This document shows positions 20,260 through 30,500 of a stretch of DNA of 64,000 nucleotides, in pieces (the stretch's first letter is position 1; every line of letters starts with the position of its first letter). The notes beneath the pieces are model-generated. The model worked only from the letters and a program-made list of their open reading frames with translations, was not told the origin of the DNA and searched no databases. Origin of the DNA: an uncultured Chlamydiales bacterium. Lineage in GTDB: Bacteria > Chlamydiota > Chlamydiia > Chlamydiales > Rhabdochlamydiaceae. The translations under genes were made by a program, and so were the position numbers. Location of the stretch: assembly GCA_963700985.1 (NCBI GenBank), contig OY969554.1:416001-480000 (forward strand). The letters are read 5' to 3'.

Positions 20260-20355
20260 TAAAATTCAATGTCTAGAATTTAAATAACTGAAGTTTAATT
20301 GATTAAAAGAAAATCTTATTAGATTTTTTTGACAAGACTAGCTTGCTGATAGCGG

Positions 20356-21849
20356 CTAAGCAGCTTTTCTTATGGTGGCTTGGCTTTTTTTTGCGGAGAT
20401 TTTTTTAAGCGCCTGTGCGGCGTTGCGGATGATCTCAGCTTGTGTTGGGAAAACATGAATCGCTCGAAGGAGAGCTAATAGACCATTTTCGCTATTCATG
20501 GCAGTTGTGATCTCTGAGATCATTTCGCCCGCGTGGCTTGCTACAAGCGTTGCCCCGACAATCTGATCGCTGCCGGTTTTGATTAGCAGCTTTAAGAATC
20601 CGTGGGTCTCTCCATCTAGGATAGCTCGATCGATGTGGTCCAGCTCGAGCGTGAGTGTCTCAACAGAAACTCCTTTTGTGCGTGCCTCTTTTTCGGTGAG
20701 ACCGACATGCGCAACTTCCGGGTCTGTGAAGGTGCACCAAGGGATGATCAATGAGCTGGCTTTTGTTCTGTTTAGGCCAAGCGCATGCTCAACAGCGATC
20801 TTTCCGAGCTCTCTTGAGACGTGCGTGAATTTGTAGGGCGATGAGCTATCACCAGCCGCATAGATATGGGGGTTGCTGGTCAAAAGATACTCGTCAGCAA
20901 ATATACCCTTTTGATGGTCATACTGGATGCCTGCCAGATCGAGGCCCAAACCTTCAACTGCAGGCGTTCTGCCGATGGACACAAGGAGTGTATCGACCGC
21001 AAGGCGCTTTGATTTCTTATTCAAATAAAGAATTTTTTTCTTTCCCTTTTTTTCCACGCGTTTGATTTGGGTATTTAGAAGAATTTCAACACCATCTGCT
21101 TCAAGCGCGGCTTTTAATTGTTCAGAGGCTACAGTTTCTTCTCGAGGTAGAATAGAGGGGCCGCGTGTGATGAGGGTGACCTTTGAACCTAGCCGAGCAA
21201 ATGCTTGAGCTAATTCACAGCCGATTGGTCCGCCACCAACCACAGCCATTTGAGTGGGTAGTTTAGTGAGATGGAATATTTCATTATTAGTCAGATAATC
21301 AGATCTATCCAATCCAGAGACATTTAACGCAATAGGTTGCGTGCCAGTGGCGATGATCGCTTTTTTAAAGGTCAAGATTTTGCCATCTATTTCAAAGCGA
21401 TAAGTGCCGGTGAACCTACCTTTGCCAAGAAATATGTCTACGCCCATTTTTTTGAAATGCTTTGCTGCATCGAAAGCAGAGATATCAGTCTGGAGCTGGT
21501 GCACTCTTTGCATGATTGCTCCAAAATCCACCTTCCAGCCTTTGGGAACTTTAATGCCATACTTGGCAGCGTTGCGAATCTCAGCTGCGGTTCTGGAAGA
21601 GCGAATCAGAGCTTTTGAGGGGATGCAGCCGGAGGTTACACACTCGCCACCTAAGTGCTCCTTTTCAACTAACGCAACTTTTGCATTATGGCTTCTGGCA
21701 ATTGTGGCTGCGGTCATACCGGCAGGACCTCCGCCGATGATAAGAAGATCGTAAAGTTCAGCGGGCTTAGGATTTTTCCAGCCACGTGGAAAAAGGTTGT
21801 GCTGAAATTTTTGCTTGATTTTGACTTCTTTTGAACGACGAGTTGCCAT
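20356..21849 (-). CDS. Pyridine nucleotide-disulfide oxidoreductase (mercuric reductase/DLD-like family)
   Basis: GGGPAG, GGECVTSGCIPSK redox CxxxxC, GGGPIG, FTDPEVAHVG; lacks the MerA C-terminal CC. Confidence 0.85.
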   Translation of the reverse strand: MATRRSKEVKIKQKFQHNLFPRGWKNPKPAELYDLLIIGGGPAGMTAATIARSHNAKVALVEKEHLGGECVTSGCIPSKALIRSSRTAAEIRNAAKYGIKVPKGWKVDFGAIMQRVHQLQTDISAFDAAKHFKKMGVDIFLGKGRFTGTYRFEIDGKILTFKKAIIATGTQPIALNVSGLDRSDYLTNNEIFHLTKLPTQMAVVGGGPIGCELAQAFARLGSKVTLITRGPSILPREETVASEQLKAALEADGVEILLNTQIKRVEKKGKKKILYLNKKSKRLAVDTLLVSIGRTPAVEGLGLDLAGIQYDHQKGIFADEYLLTSNPHIYAAGDSSSPYKFTHVSRELGKIAVEHALGLNRTKASSLIIPWCTFTDPEVAHVGLTEKEARTKGVSVETLTLELDHIDRAILDGETHGFLKLLIKTGSDQIVGATLVASHAGEMISEITTAMNSENGLLALLRAIHVFPTQAEIIRNAAQALKKISAKKSQATIRKAA

Positions 21850-21986
21850 GGTATCACTCTTGGTTTCTTTTTTTCACACTAAGTAGAATTTGAATTTATT
21901 TGTCAATAGAATGCCTGGTTAATAAAAGAGCTCTAAGATATTCTTTTTGCGCTTCTTAATTATCTGTTTAATCAAAAAGGAGAATA

Positions 21987-22484
21987 ATGAGTGCTAGGAT
22001 TTCGCTTGCAAGCCTTTCTGGGGAAGTGCACCGCTGTTACATTTGTCTTAAAACAGACAAGAGCTTTTTTTTTGCGCATAGCATAGGCGGGGAATTAGAT
22101 CATTATGTCCATCAGGAGTGCCAAATTGCTTGGGCACAAGAGAAAAAGAGGTACTGTTGCGTTGGATGTCAAAAACCCTATCCAAAATCATCAATCTATC
22201 CCTTAGAAGTAGATGTTTTTGAATCTGTGAAATTGGGTCTTATTTCTGCAACTGCGACCACGATTTTAACGGGAATTGCAGCAGCGAGCGCAATCATCTA
22301 TTTCAAAAGTGAGCTACCAGATCCCGCTTTCTTGGCAAGCCTAGGTCATTTATGGTCACCACTTGTTGCGACAAACTCATTTATTGCTTGTATAATCAAA
22401 AGATGTTGGATAAACGAGGGACCTCCTGATGGCGGTCGGATGAATCATAGAGCGCACAAGGCGCTCTATATCAATAAGAATTAA
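21987..22484 (+). CDS. RING-variant zinc finger protein with two hydrophobic segments (MARCH-like candidate E3 ligase)
   Basis: CYIC...AH...HYVHQECQIAW...CVGC followed by two hydrophobic stretches. Confidence 0.6.
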   Translation: MSARISLASLSGEVHRCYICLKTDKSFFFAHSIGGELDHYVHQECQIAWAQEKKRYCCVGCQKPYPKSSIYPLEVDVFESVKLGLISATATTILTGIAAASAIIYFKSELPDPAFLASLGHLWSPLVATNSFIACIIKRCWINEGPPDGGRMNHRAHKALYINKN

Positions 22485-22894
22485 GGGTTCACATCTAGTT
22501 TGATGTAACCGTCAGCTAAACCAGGTGCAGAACCCCACCAAGGTTGGCCTGAAAAGAATACTGTATCACCATGTCGAAAGACGCGGTATCCACCATCTTG
22601 TGTCTCCAGCACCATCTGATATCCTTTAGTGTAAAAGAAGAAGGTAATGGCTGGATTGTCTTTAGCAATCTTGCAAGCTTCGCTAAGCGAGATATTTCTA
22701 GCGATTCCAACTACGTTGCTCCAATCGGCGTTTTTATATTGAGCCACATTCTCTACTTTCTGATACCCAAGGATGGCAGAAATTTCGATCTCTGGAATTT
22801 CGGCGGTGATGTCTTGTTTCAATTCTGCAGGCTGATAAGCGTAAGCTGTGAGTGTGAGAACAAAACTTGAGATTATTAGCGCTAGTTTTTTCAT
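22481..22894 (-). CDS. Secreted hypothetical protein
   Basis: Signal peptide MKKLALIISSFVLTLTAYA; GGAG RBS; aromatic-rich compact domain. Confidence 0.7.
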   Translation of the reverse strand: MKKLALIISSFVLTLTAYAYQPAELKQDITAEIPEIEISAILGYQKVENVAQYKNADWSNVVGIARNISLSEACKIAKDNPAITFFFYTKGYQMVLETQDGGYRVFRHGDTVFFSGQPWWGSAPGLADGYIKLDVNP

Positions 22895-23045
22895 AAGAAC
22901 TCCATTTGGTGTTAAAGAGTGCTATGAAAGTAGGTCACAGATCAGAATATCTGCAAGAGTACACTTTTTTTGAAGAACTCCTCCAATCGGTATAGATATC
23001 TACCTGAGAGATAGCTTGCCTAGACCGCCACTAAAAGCGGCCCGT

Positions 23046-24500
23046 TTACTTTTGACAATTGAAGTTGATGAATCCGCGAGGGATGTTGACGCTGACTAGT
23101 TTAAGTGTAACTTTGTCGCCCACATCTAGTTTTTCGAAGCCCTGTAGAATTTTACCTTCAACGGGGGGAGTAAAAATGCGCGCCCAGGTGCCGGATTCGC
23201 TTGCGCCGGTTACAATCCCTTTAAATATGGCTCCAATCTGCGAGGATAGAAGCATAGCTGCTGCCACTTTGCTCATGTGCCTTTCAACTTTTGTGACCAC
23301 GTCTTCTTGAAGTGTGCAGTGATCGGCAAGTGTTTTGAGGGTTGCAAATGAATAGGGGCTTTCCTTGCCCGCAATCAGTGCCTTGCACTGGCGTTGTGTG
23401 ATCAGATCGGGGTAACGACGGTTGGGTGCAGTTGAATGCGTATATTCCGATACGGCAAGTCCGAAATGGCCAACGGGTTTGTCCGTGGGAATCTCGACGA
23501 TGTATTCGCCACGACCTAAGAGTTTAATGATTGTAAGAGATAGATCTTGAAAGGTGACAGGATCGATCTCTTTTCTTTTCACCAAAAAATTCTCTAGTGC
23601 AACGGGATTAGGCTCTAAAGGGAGTTTGGTTCCAAGCCGCCCTGCAACTTCGATGATGCGATCCCAGCGTTTTGGCACGCGCACCACACGTCTTAAACTG
23701 GGAATTTTGGCATCGCGCAAAGTGCAGGCCATCACATAATTGGCTGCGATCATGAAGTTCTCAATGAGTTCGTCGGCACCGGTATGTGCGGAACGCTTTA
23801 AGACAACTTCTCCCTTATCAGACACTTTGGCTTCTACGTTAGGGGATTCCAAAGTCAAAGCCCCTACAATGTGGCGCTCGCGTTTTAAGATCTGCGCGAT
23901 CGCATGCTGACATTTAAGTGCTTCTTCTAGGCCAGGCACACGCTTTACCTTCTCGGGAATTTCTCCTTTCCCATCTAGCCACGCGCCTACGAGTTTGTAG
24001 GTGAGCTGTGCATAGTTATGCACCTGTGCTTCGAAGATCGAAGAATCCTCAATTTTGCCATCTTGGTCTATGTTGATCTTTATCACTACCGCCATGCGAT
24101 CTTCATTCGGATTTAGCGAGGTAAAATCCGTAGAGAGTTTATCTGGAAGCATGGGGAAAATTTTAGAAGGCGTATAAACTGAAGTTGTATTGATCTGTGC
24201 ATGCTGATCGATCGGGGAGTCTTTTGGCACGAGTACGTCGACATCCGCAACAGCAACCCAGATGGTTATTTTTCCATCAGATTCGTATTGCGCAAAAGTC
24301 AGCTGATCTAAGTCTCGCGAATCATCATTATCGATCGAACACCACAATAGATGGCGGAGGTCTTCAACCTGTCCATTAGGGGCGGCGGGTTTTTGAATTT
24401 TTTGCAGCTGTACGGTTGCATCAATCGAGAGATCGGCCTGTAAACCGCGCGCTTGCATCAACTCTTTGGCTAGTAGGAGTAAGTTTGTATGTGAGTCCAT
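23046..24500 (-). CDS. RNB-domain exoribonuclease (RNase II/R family) with C-terminal S1-like domain
   Basis: SIDNDDSRDLDQ, IENFMIAAN, GHFGL, YTHSTAPNRRYPDL. Confidence 0.88.
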   Translation of the reverse strand: MDSHTNLLLLAKELMQARGLQADLSIDATVQLQKIQKPAAPNGQVEDLRHLLWCSIDNDDSRDLDQLTFAQYESDGKITIWVAVADVDVLVPKDSPIDQHAQINTTSVYTPSKIFPMLPDKLSTDFTSLNPNEDRMAVVIKINIDQDGKIEDSSIFEAQVHNYAQLTYKLVGAWLDGKGEIPEKVKRVPGLEEALKCQHAIAQILKRERHIVGALTLESPNVEAKVSDKGEVVLKRSAHTGADELIENFMIAANYVMACTLRDAKIPSLRRVVRVPKRWDRIIEVAGRLGTKLPLEPNPVALENFLVKRKEIDPVTFQDLSLTIIKLLGRGEYIVEIPTDKPVGHFGLAVSEYTHSTAPNRRYPDLITQRQCKALIAGKESPYSFATLKTLADHCTLQEDVVTKVERHMSKVAAAMLLSSQIGAIFKGIVTGASESGTWARIFTPPVEGKILQGFEKLDVGDKVTLKLVSVNIPRGFINFNCQK

Positions 24501-24559
24501 TCCTCACTGCTATATCAAACTTTGAGCCTATCTAGTAAGCAAAATTATTTAGAGGTTGT

Positions 24560-26131
24560 TTATGCGTGTTCTAAAATTTCACTCAAATGAGCTGTATCGA
24601 AGGGGATTTCTGTAGATGCTTGTTCGTCGGTATTTGCACAGAAACATTGATAAAAGAGGGCGCTGATCTGTGCATAGATGATTTGTGCAGTGATCACCGT
24701 AATGAGGACAAGTGCGATTGGAACGCTAAAAATTTGGTGCACAACGTTGGAGATAATACGCCAAACGCTCTGATTCTCCCAAACCGTTGCAACTCTTAGC
24801 AAAATGGTTTTTTCACCACCATAAGTGCGAACATGAGATATATAAAAGTTAGGCGGGTTATCGCGAATGACTTTAACAAAATTTGGTCCTTCTGGGTGAT
24901 AACCAACCATGCTCACCCAATCGTTTGGGTCGACATAGATGTTTCCTTCAATTTGCTCTCCAGCTAGATCCGCCTGATTTCTTGGAAACACACCTGCAGG
25001 AGCATATACGTGGATTTTCACCTGGTCAGGGTTTTCTGAAGCCGTAAGGTAGGCAACTCCACCTCCCTGACTATAGGCATGGATCTCGACCTTAGAGTTT
25101 ATATCAACTTTAGCTTGAGCTTCTACTTTAGGAACTTGCCTGATCCAATTATTGACTTTATCTCTTCCTGCCCACCAGATTACTTCTCCAGCGCCCGCGC
25201 CAGGCACGACATCGGCTAGAAGAGAAACAGGCCCACGCGTACCTTTATAAAGTAAAAGACGCGGGGCATCTTGTCTTGAGATAGGCGTTAAGGCAACTGC
25301 TTCTATGACTTCGGGCATCCAGGTTGGAGTAAGGGGGATTACTTCAATTTTGTAATCGATGAGTTCCCAAGAATCGTTGATCTTTTTTGGAACTTTAACA
25401 GTTTGGGTAACATTAGGATCGAGACCATCTGTTCTGTAATACTGGCCAAAAAGACATAGGGAGTAGCCGAGAAACATCTCAAGTACAGGAGAATGTTCGA
25501 GATAGTTTTTTTTAAGAGTATCGAACAAGCTTATCATGACGAATTGTAGCTCATTTCTAAACTCATCGCGCTGCTCTGGTGTCGAATCAACCAAAAGAGC
25601 ATTAATCGTATCCCCATTGATCACCCGGGAATCTAAAGGAATGTCGTGAAAGGCAAATTTTAAGATGTTACGGATGTGCTGGCCTTCAACAGGTTCGCTG
25701 GTTCCAAAAGGAAAAAAACCATTTGGTTCGACATCGACGATAATCTGATTGAGTTCGTTGAAAATGTCTCTAACTTTTGAGACTTCTAAAAACATCCCCG
25801 GATCAGAACTACTTTGGCCGATATTGACGCATGCCTGAGTGAAAATGGTCTGCCAGTGTTTTTGAATCAGATCCTGAGATGGTTTATCTCCTTGATATTG
25901 TTCGCACACACGAGATTTAAAGAGGGTTTCTACTGCCAGGTGGATGCGCTCTCTTTCTTGACTCTCTTCAGCAGAGTAGCAGATCCATGACCAACAGCTA
26001 GGTGTAATCCCTTCAAGAGTCGAAGAAGAAATTTTTGCAGGGGCATCTTCTTGTTCGAGAATTTGAGCAAGAGCGCGCCAATCCTGGAGAACATCAATAT
26101 CAATAAAATTATTTAATACTCGGCCAGCCAT
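24560..26131 (-). CDS. Class 3 lipase-like alpha/beta hydrolase with C-terminal TM; candidate effector
   Basis: LLYKGT (cf. FRGT), HAYSQGGGVA nucleophile elbow, DWVSMVG, C-terminal hydrophobic helix; likely start MAGRV at 26131. Confidence 0.55.
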   Translation of the reverse strand: MAGRVLNNFIDIDVLQDWRALAQILEQEDAPAKISSSTLEGITPSCWSWICYSAEESQERERIHLAVETLFKSRVCEQYQGDKPSQDLIQKHWQTIFTQACVNIGQSSSDPGMFLEVSKVRDIFNELNQIIVDVEPNGFFPFGTSEPVEGQHIRNILKFAFHDIPLDSRVINGDTINALLVDSTPEQRDEFRNELQFVMISLFDTLKKNYLEHSPVLEMFLGYSLCLFGQYYRTDGLDPNVTQTVKVPKKINDSWELIDYKIEVIPLTPTWMPEVIEAVALTPISRQDAPRLLLYKGTRGPVSLLADVVPGAGAGEVIWWAGRDKVNNWIRQVPKVEAQAKVDINSKVEIHAYSQGGGVAYLTASENPDQVKIHVYAPAGVFPRNQADLAGEQIEGNIYVDPNDWVSMVGYHPEGPNFVKVIRDNPPNFYISHVRTYGGEKTILLRVATVWENQSVWRIISNVVHQIFSVPIALVLITVITAQIIYAQISALFYQCFCANTDEQASTEIPFDTAHLSEILEHA

Positions 26132-26221
26132 TTTTAAGTCCTGAATTATAAAAATTGGCATAATTATAATTCAAACAGTAGCAGTAATCTACTAAAATAA
26201 GTTTTTAGTTAATAAGATCTT

Positions 26222-29200
26222 TTAGCGAAGGATTTTTAAGAGCTGTTTGAGAGGTTTATCGTCTTTATGTATACGATTCTTTTTTTTATTTGGGATAGAA
26301 GAACTCTCTTTTTTACGCTCTTGTTTGCTGGGTTTATTGCCATCCCAGGGAAAAGGTCGTTTGGCTGGAGGTGTTTTAGCTCCACTGTCGGGCAAGGTGG
26401 CAAGGCGACCAAGCAGCTCTCCAAAAGCTGAACCTGGGAATCCCTTGCCTAGAGAATCGGTAACAGATTTTTGCTGCCAGATAAGTAGGGCAGCGATTTT
26501 AGCTGTGGCACTTTTGGTATTGATTTGCACGTCATTCATTTTGCCCTTCATCGGAATATGCATGACGTAGTCGGGCGGAAGATCTTTAATCGAAAAGGCC
26601 TTATTCAAGCATTGAGCCGTTAATCCGAGCACCATGTCAACGGTCTCATCAAAAAGATTAAGCGTACCCCAAGTGGCAACTTCGAAAGTTTGAGCGACGA
26701 GAATCTCAGTTCTTTCGATGTTTACAATGCCTCCGGCAATACTAAGGTCCATGGGCGCAAACCAGAGCTCAAGCTGTTTATCTTTGGCAAATTCTTTAGA
26801 TTTAAGTAGACCTAGGGTGATCTGAAAAGTTCCTTGATTTTGACATGTGAGCTGTCCAAGCTCGATCTTGGCATGAGATAGTGAAATCTTTTTCCAGTTA
26901 TCCAAGGGCAGAGTAAATCCTTCGGGTTGGATCTCCAGAGTAAGTGGATGGGAGGAAGAGATCGAAGAGATAGAGAGCGGGTTAACCTCTTTTAATAAGG
27001 GACGGGTGAGCTCTTCTGTCATCAAGACCTGCGCGTAGATAGGCTCAGAAAGAGAGAGTACGCCTTCTTTAACCGCGCCCACGATTGAAAAACGACTGTT
27101 AGAAGAACGTAAGTTGAGCTGAATAGGCCCAGAACCTTGCTCGAAACAGACATATGCAGTTGCATCGAGCTTATCTCCAAAAAGAGGTTTTAGCGAGCTT
27201 GTGTCAGTAAGATGTGCAACGAGATCAAAAATTGCAGTAGGAAACTCTTCGATCGTGGCGTTGAGTTCTAGAGAGGGGCAGCTTAACGAAGAGTCCTCTT
27301 GGATGCTGCCTGTGCACGAAAGCTTGCCTTCAGATGTTTTGCCCGTTGTACTTTCTTTGGTAGAAATCAGAGAAGAGAGTTCTACGCTAAACGGTGAGAG
27401 TTTTTCTTTTTTCTCTAATTTTAGATGGAGCTGATCGAGTTTAATAAGCTGACCGCTGCTCTTTTCTTGAAAGGCAAATTTATCAGCCCCTCCTGTTGCA
27501 GCAAGCTGTATTTCACGCCAGTCGAAGTTCTTAGAAAATGGAATGTTCAAGCTTGAGATTGTCAGCGCGAAAATCGTCGGTTGAGAGAGTTCGAAAGCGG
27601 GGGAGGCCTGCTTCTCTTTTGAGAACCATTTTTCAAGCTTGGCAAATCCATCGGCATTCATTGAAAAAAAGATCTCGAATGGCTCTTGGGCTAGCGTAAG
27701 AGTTTTATCTTTTAGAGCAAAGGCTCCGTGTACATTCAGGTTGGCACTTGTGGCTTTAACTTGTACTTTCTCTTTTTGCGCGTCTAAATGCAGATTCAAT
27801 GTGGGGCCAAAAAGAGCGCTTAGAGCTGTACCTTGATGGAGCATCTTATCAAAAAGGGGAATCGAGAGATTGTCGCCATCGATTAGAAGCGTCCAGTTAG
27901 GATTACTTGTCCGAAACTGTTTGCCTGTTAAAGTTGCATGCAGATTTCCTGCACTCAGATTTCCGACAGATAAAGTTATTTTAGAGTCTGCGATTAATTC
28001 TTGCTTTTTGAGATCGAGAGCTGCGTGCGTGGAAATATCTAACAGACCACAGCTTTGATGTTTAACGTCACAAGGAGTAAGACTGGTCTTAATCTGAATG
28101 GAGCGGAGCGTGTCAATTTCTATATTTCCAGTGACTTGATTGAAAGATAAAGAGCCAAACTCTCCAAACTTATCAAAAGCGAGGGTGTCTGCAGAAAAGG
28201 CCGCTTTAAGACTAAGCTGCTCAAAATTGGTATTTAAAGGTACGGAAAGCTCTTGGATTTTAACTTCACAAGAACTTCCAGGTTTTAAAATAAGTGATTC
28301 AGGCAAAACGGCATTAAGAAATGCTTTTGAAGGCGCAAAACGGAGCGTAGTTGGCGCCGATAAGGTAAGGTTATCTTTCCAAATTAGTGTGGTGGGAGTA
28401 AGTGAGAAGGTTGGAGAAGTTGTCTCTACTGTTAAAGTGAGTGTTTTATCTTCGAGTTTAAAACTGCCATGCGCATCTAGACTCTGGCCCAAAAGCGGTG
28501 TAATTTTTGATTTCTGCTTTAGCATTTCTTCGATCAAGATCAGAGAAAGCTTTTCAATCTGCCAAGCTCCTTGTGCTGTAAAGGCGCTTTTTTCACGATT
28601 CACTAAAGGCCCTGTTTTCCCTTGTGCTGAAAGTTGGCTTTCCATGCCATCCACACGCGCAGATAGAGTAAGATCGATATCTAGACCTTGGTCTAATCTA
28701 AGACTGCTCAAATCTAGTCTTAAAGAGTCGAGGTCGATCTGTTGAGTCGTGAGACGTGAAAGGATAGAGCTAGGCGTCGCTTCTAGAATAGCCTGAAAAG
28801 AAAGAGCGGTTAGGTCTAGCTCTTTATCTTTGATGGGCAGAACAAACTGCGGGAAGGTGATCGTAGCTTTTAAGTTCTTTTTTAAATTTAGTCCTTCAAA
28901 GGCTGGCAGGAGTTTTGCAAGCTTAGCTGCAAAATCTGGCGTAAAGGTCATGTTAACGGTGCCAGGTGAGGGCAGGTAAATGACATTATCTTTATAGGCG
29001 GTATTGATCAGCGCCTCGAGCAGTGCAGAGTGTGCGTTTAGTTGAAAGCCAAAACCTTCAGGTGAGAGAGTTCCTTGTAAAGAGAGATCGAGAGAGGGGC
29101 CAATAGCGTTGAGAAGCAGTCCCTGATATTCAGGTTTAAAAAGAGAAATCAGCGCATCGATGCCTCGCATCGGAAAGTTTTTTAGGTCGCTGCTGAGCGT

Positions 29201-29857
29201 CATGCCTAAATTCTGAAGATCGCCTAATTGGCCTAAGATGTGGAAAGTGCCTTGAATCTGTTCTTCTTTAGTTGTGCCAGAGATATCGAATCGCAGGGGA
29301 GCATCTCCAGAAGAAAGATTGGCATCAATTTTAAGATCAGCATATTGCACAAGCGGTGCTTTATCACGCAGGAGCGTGAATTCACCATTTTGAACCTGCA
29401 GGTGAGCAGTTATCGGCAGAAATGCTGGTTTCCAAGAAAAAGAGGGAAGCATTGCAGATTTTTGCAGCGTTGGAGGGGGTGAAAGCGAAGCGGTAAAAGC
29501 TGAGAGCCCTAAAGAAAGAGAGGGATGTGAGAGCTTTAACTCCTTAAAGTTTTTCTGAAAGAGGATTTTAAAAAGTGAAGCGGAAGAAGTTATCTCATCG
29601 CAATTAAAACTATAGCTGCCTGTATTTTCATCGATTTTTATACCCCGCAGCTCTTGTTGGCTAATCCATCCCAAGGAGAGATGTTCAATTGAGATTTTGC
29701 TGTGGAGTTTTTGCTCGAATTTTGAAATCAGGAGTTTTTTGCCAAGCGTCGTAGATAAAAGCGTGGGCGCTAAAGCAAAAGCCCCAAAAAGCAGAATAAA
29801 AAAGAGTGCAAACGCGTAAGTTACTCGATTGCTCTTATTTTTATAATTAGGTTCCAC
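26222..29857 (-). CDS. Large AsmA/TamB-like envelope protein
   Basis: Single N-terminal TM then about 1150 aa of repetitive beta-strand-rich sequence. Confidence 0.55.
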   Translation of the reverse strand: MEPNYKNKSNRVTYAFALFFILLFGAFALAPTLLSTTLGKKLLISKFEQKLHSKISIEHLSLGWISQQELRGIKIDENTGSYSFNCDEITSSASLFKILFQKNFKELKLSHPSLSLGLSAFTASLSPPPTLQKSAMLPSFSWKPAFLPITAHLQVQNGEFTLLRDKAPLVQYADLKIDANLSSGDAPLRFDISGTTKEEQIQGTFHILGQLGDLQNLGMTLSSDLKNFPMRGIDALISLFKPEYQGLLLNAIGPSLDLSLQGTLSPEGFGFQLNAHSALLEALINTAYKDNVIYLPSPGTVNMTFTPDFAAKLAKLLPAFEGLNLKKNLKATITFPQFVLPIKDKELDLTALSFQAILEATPSSILSRLTTQQIDLDSLRLDLSSLRLDQGLDIDLTLSARVDGMESQLSAQGKTGPLVNREKSAFTAQGAWQIEKLSLILIEEMLKQKSKITPLLGQSLDAHGSFKLEDKTLTLTVETTSPTFSLTPTTLIWKDNLTLSAPTTLRFAPSKAFLNAVLPESLILKPGSSCEVKIQELSVPLNTNFEQLSLKAAFSADTLAFDKFGEFGSLSFNQVTGNIEIDTLRSIQIKTSLTPCDVKHQSCGLLDISTHAALDLKKQELIADSKITLSVGNLSAGNLHATLTGKQFRTSNPNWTLLIDGDNLSIPLFDKMLHQGTALSALFGPTLNLHLDAQKEKVQVKATSANLNVHGAFALKDKTLTLAQEPFEIFFSMNADGFAKLEKWFSKEKQASPAFELSQPTIFALTISSLNIPFSKNFDWREIQLAATGGADKFAFQEKSSGQLIKLDQLHLKLEKKEKLSPFSVELSSLISTKESTTGKTSEGKLSCTGSIQEDSSLSCPSLELNATIEEFPTAIFDLVAHLTDTSSLKPLFGDKLDATAYVCFEQGSGPIQLNLRSSNSRFSIVGAVKEGVLSLSEPIYAQVLMTEELTRPLLKEVNPLSISSISSSHPLTLEIQPEGFTLPLDNWKKISLSHAKIELGQLTCQNQGTFQITLGLLKSKEFAKDKQLELWFAPMDLSIAGGIVNIERTEILVAQTFEVATWGTLNLFDETVDMVLGLTAQCLNKAFSIKDLPPDYVMHIPMKGKMNDVQINTKSATAKIAALLIWQQKSVTDSLGKGFPGSAFGELLGRLATLPDSGAKTPPAKRPFPWDGNKPSKQERKKESSSIPNKKKNRIHKDDKPLKQLLKILR

Positions 29858-30416
29858 GTTTTAACCAGCGTTGATAACGGAGTATGCCTGCGATGGTTTT
29901 TATATCACAGATTTCCCCAGTATCAATCATTTCTAAAGCTTGGTCAAGAGAAAGAGTAATCACATCAATGCCTTCGCCATCATCGGCAGGTAAGGAAGAG
30001 GGAATCAGATGACGTGCGATAAAAAAGTGTAGATACTCGCTGCAAAAACCAGGCGCACTATAAAAGCCGCCAAGTGAAATGAGCTCTTGGGCTTTAAAGC
30101 CGATCTCTTCTTGAAGCTCGCGCTGCGCACAGATATCAGGCGGTTCGCCAACCTCTAATGTCCCAGCGGGGATTTCTATTAAGATTTTTTCTGCAGCCCG
30201 TCGCCATTGTTTGATTAAAATGAGATGACCCTTTGAATCGATGGGTAACATGGCCACGGCTCCAGGATGGAGAATGATATCCCACGTTCTAACAGGTCCG
30301 CTGCCGATTTGAAAAGTGTCCACCCGCAGGTTAAAGATATAACCGCGATGCACGATTTTGCTTTCCACTTTTGCGCTCTTTTCTAAAGCTGCCTGTTTTT
30401 CAGAATTCAGTTCCAT
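29847..30416 (-). CDS. nudF: NUDIX hydrolase (ADP-ribose pyrophosphatase-like)
   Basis: HPGAVA, EIPAGTLEVGEPPDICAQRELQEEIG Nudix box, SAPGF. Confidence 0.8.
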   Translation of the reverse strand: MELNSEKQAALEKSAKVESKIVHRGYIFNLRVDTFQIGSGPVRTWDIILHPGAVAMLPIDSKGHLILIKQWRRAAEKILIEIPAGTLEVGEPPDICAQRELQEEIGFKAQELISLGGFYSAPGFCSEYLHFFIARHLIPSSLPADDGEGIDVITLSLDQALEMIDTGEICDIKTIAGILRYQRWLKRGT

Positions 30417-30500
30417 GTTTCCACCTGATTTTTAAGCGCCAATATCTCATTAAGTATCTCATGAAAAGAGGGCTCTGTCAATGAGCCTATTCCTTAAGAT

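Noticed and set aside
20356-21849. merA / mercury resistance
   Set aside because: No C-terminal Cys-Cys pair, no N-terminal metal-binding domain and no mer operon genes nearby.
23046-24500. Inactive RNase because of DLDQ instead of DxDD
   Set aside because: The other three acidic residues and the downstream motifs are intact, and I recall DLDQ as a natural subfamily variant; not enough to call it dead.
28140-28745. Long antisense ORFs (this 201-aa one, 46041..46592 and many shorter ones)
   Set aside because: They lie opposite well-supported genes and have no recognisable motifs; likely shadow ORFs.
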